From the NCBI GenBank assembly GCA_965240325.2, contig OZ251250.1, forward strand, positions 62,001-126,000: a stretch of DNA of 64,000 nucleotides, given 5' to 3'. The position numbers and the translations under genes were made by a program. This document shows, in pieces, positions 1 to 10,889 of this stretch; positions within the stretch are counted from its first letter, which is position 1; every line of letters begins with the position of its first letter. Source of the stretch: Rebecca billardiae RCC1528 (lineage: Eukaryota > Protista > Haptophyta). The notes beneath the pieces are model-generated. The model was not told where the DNA came from and searched no databases. It was given only the letters and a program-made list of their open reading frames with translations.

Positions 1-1
1 C

Positions 2-148
2 AACTGCACCGCGTCGGTGGCGGAGCTGCCCGGGAAGCACAACCACGACAAGGAGGTCACGCTGCAGGGCCACTGCCTGCGCGAGCTGCACGAGCACCTC
101 ATCCGCGTGTACAAGATCCCCAAGGAGCACATCGAGGTGAAGCGCTGA
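2..148 (+). CDS. 3' end of SUI1-domain translation factor (eIF2D/ligatin-like), partial at window edge
   Basis: Frame 2 reads NCTASVAELPGKHNHDKEVTLQGHCLRELHEHLIRVYKIPKEHIEVKR* (TGA 146-148) with strong GC3 bias; resembles the eIF2D/DENR SUI1 C-terminus (..EVxxQG...YxIPxxxIEV). Confidence 0.7.
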   Translation, partial: NCTASVAELPGKHNHDKEVTLQGHCLRELHEHLIRVYKIPKEHIEVKR

Positions 149-710
149 CTCAGAATGCACTCAGTGACTGCCTGACTAGCAGCGTCTGGCACGCACTGCT
201 GATAGGAGCTAGCGCAGTAAGCAGCGCAGCATCGTCGTCGCTGATCCGCGAGCCCGCGGAGCAGGCGAGCAGCAGCCGCACTCGGCGCGTTATACGCGGT
301 ACGACGTCACTACCCGCGGGGTACCCGTGATGACTAGGCCGCTTGCGCGGCACGGCTCGGATGCTGCTACTGCGCGCGCCGGCGCTCAGTGACTCAGTAT
401 CTGCTGACGTGACTCACTCGGATCGCGGCCGACGGCGCCGCGCGATCTCGGCTCGGCGGCATTGATGACTCGTCCGGCCGCGTGCCGCGCCGCCTACATC
501 AAGCTGCTAGCTATAAAGTCTGACGAGATCGGCAGACTACTGTACTACACGACGAGCCGTGACCGTATAAACTGCGGGTACTACTAAAGCGCCCGTATGC
601 CCCGCTCGGATATGGCCGCGGCCCGCGGCCCGCGTTTACGTTATCTGTGACTACGCGCCCCGAGTCTGACGGCCACGCCGCGCGCGAGCAGTATGCAGCA
701 GGCCGCTGCG

Positions 711-810
711 NNNNNNNNNNNNNNNNNNNNNNNNNNNNNNNNNNNNNNNNNNNNNNNNNNNNNNNNNNNNNNNNNNNNNNNNNNNNNNNNNNNNNNNNNN
801 NNNNNNNNNN
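711..810. other. Assembly gap (100 N)
   Basis: Run of N; the 5' part of the next gene is missing. Confidence 1.
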
Positions 811-2036
811 GCCGCCGCGCTGGCGGACGAGCCGCTGTCGGCGCGCCCGGCGGCTTCGTCGGGGATACCGTCGGGCCCGGCCGAGCTCGAGCCGCCGGTC
901 CCTTCGTTGGCACCACCGACCTCCGCCGCGCGGCTGGGCTCCCTCCGGCCTGTCGAGTCGAAGGCTCGCAGCGAGCGGCCACAGGATGCGCTCGACATCC
1001 TGAGTGCTGCCGCGGGCAGCGGCAGCGGCTCACCTTCGGGCACCACACCAGACGGCGGCGCCGCCGGAAGGCGGCACTCGCCCGGCACACTGGACCCGGA
1101 CGCTGGCTCGAGCAAGGGCGAAGATCCGTTCCTCGGCACGCCAGACAGCAAGGGCGACTCCGGCTCAGAGCGCTCGCTCCTCGGTGCTCTCCCGCCGCTC
1201 GGCGGCAAGCGCGGCGGCTCGGCCATGTCCAGCCTTGCAGGGCTGCCGCCACTTGGCGGCCCGGGCCACGCGAGCGCGCCACAGCCGGAGGGCGGCCTGG
1301 GCGGGTCGGCCCTGCAGCCGGCGGCGGAGAAGAAGATCCTCCTGCCCGGCGAGTCTCCGGACGACGGCAACGAGGAGGACATGCAGCGGCTGCGTGCCAT
1401 CGAGCGCAAGCTGCGTGAGATGCAAGCCGAGAGCCCGCCGCCGCCGCCGCCGCGGCCGGCGCAGCAGCACGACGCAGCGAGCGCCAAGCCAGCAGCTGCG
1501 CCTGCCGCCGCGCCGACCGTGCCGCCCAGAGAACAGGAGGCCAAGGTGAGCGCCAGCCCACGCCCCGCTGCACGCCAATACGCGCCCGCCCTCGCGTCGC
1601 CCGCGCCACCGCCACAGCCCCAACCCTGACCTGCGCGCCCCGGCCCGCACTCACCTTTCGCGCCTCCGCAGCCGCCGCCCGCGCCTGCCGCTCATGACGA
1701 CGACGATCTCGTGCTGGAGGACGACATCGCGGAGGAGATCGAGTCGCTCGAGGCCGACTCGTACCACTCGGACGCGGACGACTTTGAGGCCGAGTCGGAT
1801 AAGTCCGACGGGAAGTGGGTGCGTAGCGCACGCCTGCCGCGAAGCCGAGCGCCCACCCCCTCGGTCTGCGCGCGACGGGATGCGCAGCTTACGCGTCCGT
1901 GCGCACGCCTTCGCGCGGAACGCCATGCAATCGCCAGTAGAACCACGACAAGTCATTTGACCAGAGCCTTGAGGACTCGCGCATCAACGAAGACGGCTTT
2001 GACCACATCGAGTCCGTTGCAGACATCCTGCCTTGA
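811..2036 (+). CDS. FOP/CEP43 (FGFR1OP)-like centrosomal/basal-body protein, 3' exons (5' end in the gap)
   Basis: Repeated SLLGALPPLGG / SSLAGLPPLGG motifs, intron GTGAGC at 1546 to CAG at about 1670, acidic exon LEDDIAEEIESLEAD, and last exon LEDSRINEDGFDHIESVADILP* (TGA 2034-2036); resembles the FOP C-terminus. Confidence 0.55.
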
Positions 2037-2844
2037 GATGGGTGTGATTGTTGGCGGCGACAGTCCGTCGGTCCGAGTCCATGTCCATGAGGCATGAATG
2101 ATGAAGTGATGAGCCAGACTGGCTTCTCGGTTCTCCCTCCCTGACCCTGTACGCCGCCTGTACGGCACGGGCCAAACGGCGACAGCCGACGCCCGACCCG
2201 TACTGTGCGGCTGAATGGCATTACTGTAGTATAACGATAGTAACGGGCTCACTGAGCCGATTAGTATACTTGACTCACACTGGCACAGTGACAGTCACAC
2301 ACAGTCACCGAGACCGACTGTCAATTCACACTGTCATCACTACACTGTCACTTGTCACTCTTCACTTCTCGGACCGTTCACAGCGCAGCCCTGGCGGGCT
2401 CGGGCCTCGGACGGCGACTCGCGCGGGCCGGCGCTGCGTTTTTTGTCGGGCCTGGGCCGCAACCCGCGAACAATTCACGCTTTTTTTCGCGATGCCCGCG
2501 GTTCTGCCTTCCCATTGGTCGGTCGATGGATCATCTCAACTTCTCCCGGGACAAAGTGAGACATATTATCTCAATAGCATCTTTATGAATCTTTGGAATC
2601 AAAGTTGAAAGAGCCAATCGTCATCCCGAAAGGCACGATGATGCCGATTCGGCCTAGCTGCAATCTTGTTAGCATCTCGGCCACTGTTCGCTGGATTTGT
2701 GCGGGTTTCTCAGCGGTCGAAGGGGTCTCAAGCAAAGTTGAAGGCTTGCGGGAGCGGAAAACTAGGAGACCGCGGCGAAGTGGCGACAGCTTGCGAAGGG
2801 CGTCCACGATGGGCCATACGGCTTACTGTGCAAGGCAACTCGTG

Positions 2845-3300
2845 CGGGATCGGGCGCGTACGGCGACGTTTGCATGGTCGTCAATGCGCAGGGTGGGCGG
2901 CCTGCGGTGAAACTCACACGACGCCCGACCGCTGGCAACCACACCGCCGTCAGGCCGAGCTTGGCCGCACCCCGCGTGCGGCGTGGACCGGCCGCCGAGT
3001 GGCTTGCGGCCCGCTCAGCACGTACGTCGTCTCACGCATCGGGCCGAAGCAGAAGCGGCGGTACATGAAGCTGGCAGACTCGGTCATGGAGTGCTTGTCG
3101 GTGCCGTCGAACGTCCACCCACCGACGTCCGTGCCGATGCCAAACTCCTTCTGCTGGCATCCGAGGCACTCGATGATCACGCCCTTCGCCTTCGGCTTGT
3201 GGAGGCGTCCACGGCGTACCCGTATTGATTGGGACAGGCGATGCGCGAGGACAGCTGAGGGCAAGCCAGCCCGCGCGGTCCGAGCGTGCGCAGCGCGCGC
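2845..3300 (+). pseudogene. Degenerate protein-kinase N-lobe relic (copy 1), interrupted by an antisense scramblase-like fragment
   Basis: GSGAYGDVCMVVNAQGGRPAVK matches kinase subdomains I-II; downstream LRLVEASTAYPY* carries stops; homologous in inverted orientation to 4700-5070. Confidence 0.5.
2990..3200 (-). pseudogene. Phospholipid-scramblase-like gene fragment
   Basis: HKPKAKGVIIECLGCQQKEFGIG...HSMTESASFMYRRFCFGPMRETTYVL with coding-like codon usage; resembles the scramblase 'E.LGCE..NEF' and 'EES....R.CCG..R.F' motifs; no start codon or remainder of the gene visible. Confidence 0.4.
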
Positions 3301-4699
3301 CGCTGGGCTTGCGTGGCGGCAACAGGCTCCGTTGTGCGGCAGACGGTCGAGTCCGGGGCGCACACGTGCTGACGCAGTCGCCTACGCAACTGGCTTCGGC
3401 TGCCGTGCCTTCGCGGTCGTGCACCAAGCCTGCGTCGCCGCGCGCCGACGCGCCGCCGGCGCGGCGGAGTGCGGGACGCGGTGCCGCCGCCAGTCAGTCG
3501 TCCGGCTGACGAGTCCGCGTCGTTCAGTCACACACGGACGACGGCTGCCGCGTAATGACCGGGCTGGCCCGCGGCCGCCCACCCAGCCAGTCCCAGGGTG
3601 TCCGGAGTCGTGACCGTTGGCAACGGTCACGACAGTGCTCAGGCCTCCTCCGAGAAGTTCGGCGCGTCGGGCTCGATCGTCATGCCGGCTGTCATGCCGC
3701 GCGCGCTAAATATTATCGTCGTCGATCGATTAATAATCTAAACGGGCGCCGTCGCCATTGCAAACTTATTCAAAACTTAAACTACGTCCGTACCGTCGGC
3801 TAGTACCGCTCAGATACTGCTCCAGCAGTCAGACTGTCAGTCCGACGGTCACTCCGGGACCGCCGGACTCAGACTCAGTGCGTGACTTGTACTCTCCGGA
3901 CCGGCACGGATGACCGCACGGTCCGACAGACGAGTCGGATCGACGGAGACAGGAGAGCCAGACTGAGACACGCGTCAGTTCGATAACGTGAGACAGTCAT
4001 AGCACCGTACTCCGTAGTAGCCGACGAGGGCTCGGACAGTCGGACTCGACGTGTCAGTCCGTCAGACCGTCCGCCGTACGCGTCAGTGACGAGACAGCGG
4101 CGCCAGTCGGTCGCCAGTCGAGTGCGGCACCGGGGCGGGAGCCGGAGCCGCTGTCCGAGTGGCACGCGGGTCCGAGCAGTTACACCGTGACGCCCGGCCT
4201 AAGTCGGTCCGCGCAAGACAGAAGTCGTGAGAAGACGCCGGCGGATCTGATCTGACTTACTGAGACTGAGCAGATGGCATCATATTCATATATAGCAGCA
4301 TGCTGATCATATAAGTATATAGATAGCATCAGCCGTACCGCAGCAGTAAGGCTGATGTAGGCCGCCTGCGCGGCCCTGAGCGGGAGCCTGATGCCAGCTG
4401 ACTCCTGTCTGAGGCGCGCCCGGCGCTGCCGCGCCCGGCACCCGGCTCCGGCGCGGCCGGTGCAGGTCAGCCGTCACTCGTCAGGGTGTCAGCGGTCAGG
4501 ACCGCGTCCGGCGTCCAAAATCTACGAGTCTGTCCGCGGTCTCGGCGCCCGGGTCCGGACCTTGAAGTCACTCAGCTGCGTCCGATGCCGCCATCCACAG
4601 AGGTATACAAAGTCCGTCTCCACGATCGTCAGAGTCACGCCGCCTCCTGACTAAGGCCGCCGGGCGCGCGCGCGTCGCGCCCCGGCCGTGAGGTGATCG

Positions 4700-5070
4700 T
4701 GAAGAACTGCGCGCGCGTACGGCGCGCGCGCGTGCCGCGAGGGCTGAATTGGAATGGAACCCTGCCGTGCCAGGATATGCCCATCGCCCTCTGTCCTCGG
4801 GCGTCGCCCGTCCCAATGAATACTGGTACGCAGTGGACACCTCCACCTGCAGGCGTACAAGCGAACGGCGGCGGGCGACGAGGGGCACTGTGATGTGCGT
4901 GCTGCATCCAGGCAGCGCGCCGGACGCGTACCTGAGCTTCCTGAGAAGCTGGGCCTTGCATCGGGCTGTGCTGTTCTCGGCGGACGCGCGTCGTGTGAGC
5001 TTCACCATAGCCAGCCCACCCTGGGTGTCGACGACCTTGTAAACATCGCCATGCGTGCTCGTCATCGTAC
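4700..5070 (-). pseudogene. Degenerate protein-kinase N-lobe relic (copy 2)
   Basis: STHGDVYKVVDTQGGLAMVKLTRR...SLVRLQVEVSTAYQYSLG; alignable by eye at DNA level with 2850-2960 and 3195-3300 on the opposite strand. Confidence 0.45.
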
Positions 5071-5842
5071 CGCATAACGGTTCAGCCTCTCCGTAAGCCG
5101 CAGATGGGACATCCATCTGCTCGACTCCTCGCTGGGGAGCCTCGGGTCGCGCGCCGAATTCACCGACTTGCGCGACCTCAGCAGCCGGCCGAGCGGCGCC
5201 CAGCCGCGCATGCTTGCCCCCTCAGCACGGCGCGGCGCGGCGTGCACTCGGGCCAACGGGTGCCGCACATTTAGATAAAGAGCTTCTGCTCCTGCACTCG
5301 CAGGTTCCATAGCACGAGCGCGCCCAAGGCGAAGAGGAAGGCGTCGACGGGTGCGGGCAGCGCGTGTTCGTCGTGCTCCCCCGAGGAGCGCGCCGAGGGC
5401 AACGCCACGTGCGCGGCGCCGGCGACGCCGGGCAGCGTGCTCATGGTGTCGTTGAGGAATTCCGAGATTCCTCTCCCAGACGCGGCGGCGGCGGTGAGGC
5501 CGCGCCGCCCTGCTTGGAAGGAGCTCCGACTCCCAAGAGGGCCTTCGGCTGCAAAGCTGATTCTCTTCCGATCTCCTAGCCGATCTTCGTTTAGTCTATT
5601 GGTCCGACGAAGCACAGAAAATGTTTTTTTGGGGGCCTCGGCGTGCCGATCTCGCACGTTAGTTTGGCAAGCGGTACAGAAACGCTGCGAGTCGTCCGGC
5701 CGCGCGCGTCGTCATCCCGACGCTATATATACGCGACAGCAGCATGCTTATTATTGTGCGGCGGCTCCCAGGCCCATCAGCGGACCGCCGGGCCCGGCGA
5801 ATCGGGAGTCCCGCCGCAGCAGCAGCGCGCGCCATCAGCATA

Positions 5843-7207
5843 TCACGTCATAGTAGGCGGGATCAGCAACGCGAGCGGCGCCAGCCCGCTCACGCGCGCC
5901 GGCACGTTGACGGCGTGAGTCGAAGCCCCGGCTGCTGCGCCCGACGGCGCGCGCTCCACGCCGAGGCCGAGCGCGGCCGAGCGCTCGCCGCACGCGTGCG
6001 CCGCGCCGTCGGGCGCGGTCACGAAGAGCGCGTGCGCGCCGCCGAGCGAGACGCTGAGCACGCGCGCGCCGGCGGGCAGGGCCACGCGCGCGGGCCCACA
6101 CCGGTCGTCCGCCCGCGCCGCCGGACCCTGCCCCAGCACGCCATGCGCATTCGACCCGAAGGTGTGCGCGCTGCCGTCCGCGCCCAGCACGGCTGAATCC
6201 AAGTCGCCGGCGCACGAGCGCACGGCGCGCACGCCCGCGAGCGCCTCGATGCGTTTGGGCACGTGATGCGTCACGTGGTCGGCGTGGCCGAGCTGGCCGG
6301 GGCAGCCGCGGCCACACGAGTACACGCCGCCCGCCGCGTCCACCACCAGGCTGTGCGCACCGCCCGCGCTCACGTGCACGGCGCACACGCCCGCGAGCGC
6401 CTCGATGCGCCTGGGCGTGTGCTGATCCTGCACGTCGCCATGGCCGAGCTGGCCGAAGCCGTTGTGGCCCCAGCTGTACGCGCAGCCCGCGGCAGTGAGC
6501 GCGAGGCTGTGCGCGTCGCCTGCAGCTATGCACACGACGGGCTCACGTGCGGGGAGCCCGACGAGAGCGAATGCGCGTTGCTCCTCCGTGTGGCCCAGAC
6601 CGAGCTGCCCATCGTAGTTCTCGCCGCAGCCGTACACGGCGCCGGCCTCGCTCAGCGCGAGCAGGTGGTCCTGCCCAGCGGCCACAGCGCACACGCGCAC
6701 CGCGCTGAGGGAGGCGACGCGCGTTGGCACGCGCACTGGCGACACGCCCGAAAGCCCGGTCGCCACGTGCACTCGATACTCGCCCGTCGGCTGCCAGGTG
6801 TCCTCGTCCAGCACCTCCTCCTCGCCGCACGTGTGCAGCCCGCCCTCTGCGTCCACAAACGCGCTGAACGGATGCAGCGCGTCCGTCCCGGCGGCGACCA
6901 CGTCGGCGTGTGCGCGCGAGAAGAGGAGCACGGCCTCGCGCGCGAACAGCACCTCCGTCCATGTGCGCACGCCGGAGGGCAGGGTCGCCGGCAGCGCGCG
7001 ATCGTGACCGCGCGCGCGGGCGCGCTCGCGCAGCGCGCGCTCGACCGCCGAGCACCCGCCGGGCGGCGCGGCGTGGAAGAGGCGCGGTGTGGCGTTCAGG
7101 CTGGCGAGGTCGCGCGGCGGCAGGAACACGAGGATGCGGTCGAGCACCTCGCGCGGCAGGTCGTCGAGCACGAGGCCACGCGCGTGCGCCTGTGCCGTGC
7201 TGGCCAT
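5843..7207 (-). CDS. F-box-like/RCC1-repeat protein, copy 1 (N-terminal type A; one repeat deleted; alternative C-terminus)
   Basis: MASTAQAH..LDDLPREVLDRILVFLPPRDLASL (F-box consensus), then RCC1 repeats (VAAGxxH..YxxGxNxxGQLGxG); intronless. Confidence 0.9.
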   Translation of the reverse strand: MASTAQAHARGLVLDDLPREVLDRILVFLPPRDLASLNATPRLFHAAPPGGCSAVERALRERARARGHDRALPATLPSGVRTWTEVLFAREAVLLFSRAHADVVAAGTDALHPFSAFVDAEGGLHTCGEEEVLDEDTWQPTGEYRVHVATGLSGVSPVRVPTRVASLSAVRVCAVAAGQDHLLALSEAGAVYGCGENYDGQLGLGHTEEQRAFALVGLPAREPVVCIAAGDAHSLALTAAGCAYSWGHNGFGQLGHGDVQDQHTPRRIEALAGVCAVHVSAGGAHSLVVDAAGGVYSCGRGCPGQLGHADHVTHHVPKRIEALAGVRAVRSCAGDLDSAVLGADGSAHTFGSNAHGVLGQGPAARADDRCGPARVALPAGARVLSVSLGGAHALFVTAPDGAAHACGERSAALGLGVERAPSGAAAGASTHAVNVPARVSGLAPLALLIPPTMT

Positions 7208-7622
7208 CGCTCCCGCCGGCGCCGCGCAGTCGGTGCGGTCGGTGAGCACTGAGCGAAGCGCTGTCGCCGCGCGCTGGTGGCATCCACTGTCCGTTGCCTG
7301 AGCTGCCCGGACTGTCACTGTCTGGTGTGAGGTGTCACAGAGCGTCCGACGCGGACCCGCCCTGGCCAGGATTGAGGAATCTAGTCCGTCGCCGGCGGAT
7401 GGACGTAGTGCCTGACTCTGTCTATGATAAGCGGAGTGGGCACGCACTTCAAACTCGTCAGATTCGTGGCGACACGCTGCTGGCCGTCCGACCGCCAGGC
7501 GCCAGCCAGCCTGGGCGGCGGCACCGTGGGCCGGTGGCGGCCCCGCGCCCGGCTGCTGCGTCCGCTGCCAAGCCGCCGCCCACGGCTGCAACGGAGCAGC
7601 TGAGCGTCGGCAGAGGCGCGCA

Positions 7623-9134
7623 TCAGCAGACACGGGCACACCAAGCCGTCCCGATGCACGCGGGCGTGTCCACCAGCTGGGTGGGCTCGTCTTGCTCGGC
7701 CTCGCTCATGCCGAGGCCGAGCGCAGCCGACCGCTTGCCGCACGCGTACACGCTGCCGTCCGCACTCACAAACAGCGAGTGGGCGAAGCCCATGGCACAG
7801 TGCACCACGCGCGCGTGGGCGAGGGCGATCGCGCGCGTGAGAGCCTCGAGGGCCGCGCCTCCGTGCCCCAGTCCGAGCTGGCCGTACCCGTTGTCTCCAA
7901 ACGTGTGCATGCTGCCGTCCGCGCCCAGCACCGCGCTGCCGCAGCTGCCCGCACACGCGCGCTCGATGCGCACACCGGCGAGGGCGTCAAGCCGCCTTGG
8001 CGTGAGCTGATCGCGCGTGTCTCCATGCCCGAGCGCGTCATTCGCACCAAACCCAGACGAGTACACCGCCCCCTCGCTGTCCACCACCAGGCTGTGCTCC
8101 TCGCCCGCGCTCACGTGCACGGCGCGCACGCCTGCGAGCGCCTCGATGCGCCTTGGCGTGTGCTGATCCTGCTGGTCGCCGTGGCCGAGCTGGCCGAAGT
8201 AGCAGCGGCCACACGAGTACACGGCGCCACCGCTCGAAAGCAGCAGCGTGTGCGAACCGCCCGCGGCGAGGCCACCCACGCGCACGCCGTCCAGCGCCTC
8301 GATGCGCGTCGGCTCCCACCGCTCCTCCGTGTCGCCGTGGCCGAGCTGGCCGAAGCCGTTGTGGCCCCAGCTGTACGCGCAGCCCGCGGCGGTGAGCGCG
8401 AGGCTGTGCGCATAGCCTGCCGCGATGCACACGACGGGCTCACGTGCGGGGAGCCCGACGAGAGCGAATGCGCGTTGCTCCTCCGTGTCCGTGTCGCCCA
8501 GCCCCAGCTGGCCGGCGCTGTCGTCGCCGCAGCCGTACACGGCGCCGGCCTCGCTTAGCGCGAGCAGGTGGGCACAGCCAGCGGCGACGGCGACCACGCG
8601 CACCGCGCTGAGGGAGGCGACGTGCGTTGGCACGCACACTGGCGGCACGTCCGAATGACCGGTTGCCACATGTACTCGATACTCGCCCGTCAGCTCCTCG
8701 GTGTCCTCGTCCAGCACCGCCTCCTCGCCGCACGTGTGCAGCCCACCCTCTGCGTCCACAAACGCGCTGAACGGCCGATGCGCCTCCGTCCCGGCGGCGA
8801 CCACGTCGGCGTGCGCGCGCGCCAGGAGTAGCACGGCCTCGCGCGCGAGCAACTCCTCCGTCCACGTCCGCGCGTGCGCCGGCAGCGCCGCCGGCGGCGC
8901 GTGCCCGCGCGCGCGCGCGCGCTCGCGCAGCGCGGCCTCGAGCGCTGAGCGGCCGCCCGGCGGCGCGGCGCGGAAGAGGCGCGAGGCGGCGTTGGCGCTC
9001 GCGAGGTCGGGCGCGCCGAGGCCAGTGAGGACGCGCTCGAGCAGCTCGGGCGGGAGGTCCGCCAGCGAGCGTGGCCCGCCCCGCGTTGCGTCGTCCGCCG
9101 TGTCCTCCGCGGCGTGGCTGCCGTCGTCCGCCAT
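7623..9134 (-). CDS. F-box-like/RCC1-repeat protein, copy 2 (type B N-terminus)
   Basis: MADDGSHAA..SLADLPPELLERVLTGLGAPDLA plus RCC1 repeats; ends WCARVC*. Confidence 0.9.
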   Translation of the reverse strand: MADDGSHAAEDTADDATRGGPRSLADLPPELLERVLTGLGAPDLASANAASRLFRAAPPGGRSALEAALRERARARGHAPPAALPAHARTWTEELLAREAVLLLARAHADVVAAGTEAHRPFSAFVDAEGGLHTCGEEAVLDEDTEELTGEYRVHVATGHSDVPPVCVPTHVASLSAVRVVAVAAGCAHLLALSEAGAVYGCGDDSAGQLGLGDTDTEEQRAFALVGLPAREPVVCIAAGYAHSLALTAAGCAYSWGHNGFGQLGHGDTEERWEPTRIEALDGVRVGGLAAGGSHTLLLSSGGAVYSCGRCYFGQLGHGDQQDQHTPRRIEALAGVRAVHVSAGEEHSLVVDSEGAVYSSGFGANDALGHGDTRDQLTPRRLDALAGVRIERACAGSCGSAVLGADGSMHTFGDNGYGQLGLGHGGAALEALTRAIALAHARVVHCAMGFAHSLFVSADGSVYACGKRSAALGLGMSEAEQDEPTQLVDTPACIGTAWCARVC

Positions 9135-9344
9135 CGCGCCGCGTCGGCTCGCGGCCGTCGGTAGCTGGACGCACACAGCTCAGACAAGCGAAAGCTAGAT
9201 ACCCGCTTGAAAGGAGGAAGCCCCATTTTTTCAATTAGAACACCACCTGATTTAGCAGCAGACTCTAGACGCGCGCTGCAGACGTCGACACGCATATCAT
9301 GTTCTCATCATCCCGCCCGCCCCCGCAGTACGACGGCAGCATCG

Positions 9345-10889
9345 TCAGGTCGTGATGCTCAGCGCGAGCGGCGCCAGCCCGTCCACGCGCGCCGGCACGT
9401 TGACGGCGTGAGTTAAAGCCCCGGCTGCTGCGCCCGGCGGCGCGCGCTCCACGCCGAGGCCGAGCGCGGCCGTGCGCTCGCCGCACGCGTGCGCCGCGCC
9501 GTCCGGCGCGGTCACGAAGAGCGCGTGCGCGCCGCCGAGCGAGACGCCGAGCACGCGCGCGCCGGCGGGCAGGGCCACGCGTGCGGGACCACACGGGACG
9601 TCCGCCCGCGTCGCCGTCCCCTGCCCCAGCTGGCCATGCGTATTCAACCCGAAGGTGTGCGCGCTGCCGTCCGCGCCCAGCACAGCCAATGCAAAGCTGC
9701 CAGCGCACGCGCGCACGGCGCGCACGCCCGCGAGCGCCTCGATGCGTTTGGGCACGTGCTGCGTCACTCCGACGTCGTGGCCATGGTAGCATGTGAATCC
9801 GTCACCGAAGGAGTGCACGCCGCCCGCTGCGTCCACCACCAGGCTGTAGTTGTCGCCCGCGCTCACATGCACAGCGCGCACGCCCGCGAGCGCCTCAATG
9901 CGCCTTGGCGTGTGCTGCTCCTGCTGGTCGCCGTGGCCGAGGCGGCCGAAGTGGCCAGCGCCGCACGAGTAGACGGCGCCCTGCGTCGAGAGCAGCAACG
10001 TGTGCGATTGACCCGCGGCGACACCACCCACGCGCACGCCACTCAGCGTCTCGATACGCGTGGGCACCAGCCGCTCCTCCGTGTCGCCGTGGCCAAGCTG
10101 GCCTTGGTAGTTGCGGCCCCAGCTGTACGCACACCCAGCGGCGCTGAGCGCGAGGCTGTGCGCAGTCCCCGCGGCAATGCACACGATCAGCTCCGTCGCG
10201 AGCCCGTGCACGCGCGCGAACTCGGCGCACGCCTCCGTGTCGCCCAGCCCGAGCTGGCCGAAGCGGTTGCCGCCGCAGCCGTACACGGCGCCGGCCTCGC
10301 TCAGCGCGAGCAGGTGGTCCAAGCCGGCGGCGACCGTGACCACGCGCACACCGCTGAGGGAGGCGACGCGCGTGGGCACGCGCAGCGTGCGCCCGGGCGG
10401 GTGTCCGATCAGCGGGCGCGGCGGCGCCGCCGCGGCCTCCATCGGCGCCACCGTCCGCACCTCCTCGCCACACGTGTGCAGCCCGCCCTCCGCGTCCACA
10501 AACGCGCTGAACGGCCGCCGCGCGTCCGTCCCGGCGGCGACCACGTCGGCGTGCGCGCGCGCGAGGAGGAACACGGCCTCGCGCGCGAGCAGCTCTTCCA
10601 CCCACGTCCGCGCGTGCGCCGGCAGCGCCGCCGGCGGCGCGTGCCCGCGCGCGCGCGCGCGCTCGTGCAGCGCGGCCTCGAGCGCCGAGCGGCCGCCCGG
10701 CGGCGCGGCGCGGAAGAGGCGCGAGGCGGCGTTGGCGCTCGCGAGGTCGGGCGCGCCGAGGCCAGTGAGGAAGCGCTCGAGAAGGTCGGGCGGGAGGTCC
10801 GCCAGCGAGCGCGGGGGCGCGGTCGGCCCGCCCCGCGTTGCGTCGGCCGCCGTGTCCTCCGCGGCGTAGCTGCCGCCGTCGTCCGCCAT
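9345..10889 (-). CDS. F-box-like/RCC1-repeat protein, copy 3 (type B N-terminus; alternative C-terminus shared with copy 1)
   Basis: 514-aa ORF; SLADLPPDLLERFLTGL plus RCC1 repeats. Confidence 0.9.
   Translation of the reverse strand: MADDGGSYAAEDTAADATRGGPTAPPRSLADLPPDLLERFLTGLGAPDLASANAASRLFRAAPPGGRSALEAALHERARARGHAPPAALPAHARTWVEELLAREAVFLLARAHADVVAAGTDARRPFSAFVDAEGGLHTCGEEVRTVAPMEAAAAPPRPLIGHPPGRTLRVPTRVASLSGVRVVTVAAGLDHLLALSEAGAVYGCGGNRFGQLGLGDTEACAEFARVHGLATELIVCIAAGTAHSLALSAAGCAYSWGRNYQGQLGHGDTEERLVPTRIETLSGVRVGGVAAGQSHTLLLSTQGAVYSCGAGHFGRLGHGDQQEQHTPRRIEALAGVRAVHVSAGDNYSLVVDAAGGVHSFGDGFTCYHGHDVGVTQHVPKRIEALAGVRAVRACAGSFALAVLGADGSAHTFGLNTHGQLGQGTATRADVPCGPARVALPAGARVLGVSLGGAHALFVTAPDGAAHACGERTAALGLGVERAPPGAAAGALTHAVNVPARVDGLAPLALSITT

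Noticed and set aside
7623-9134. Naming the array genes UVR8, RCC1 or HERC2
   Set aside because: They lack the UVR8 GWRHT triad and any HECT domain, and they carry F-box/RING heads; only the repeat type is shared.
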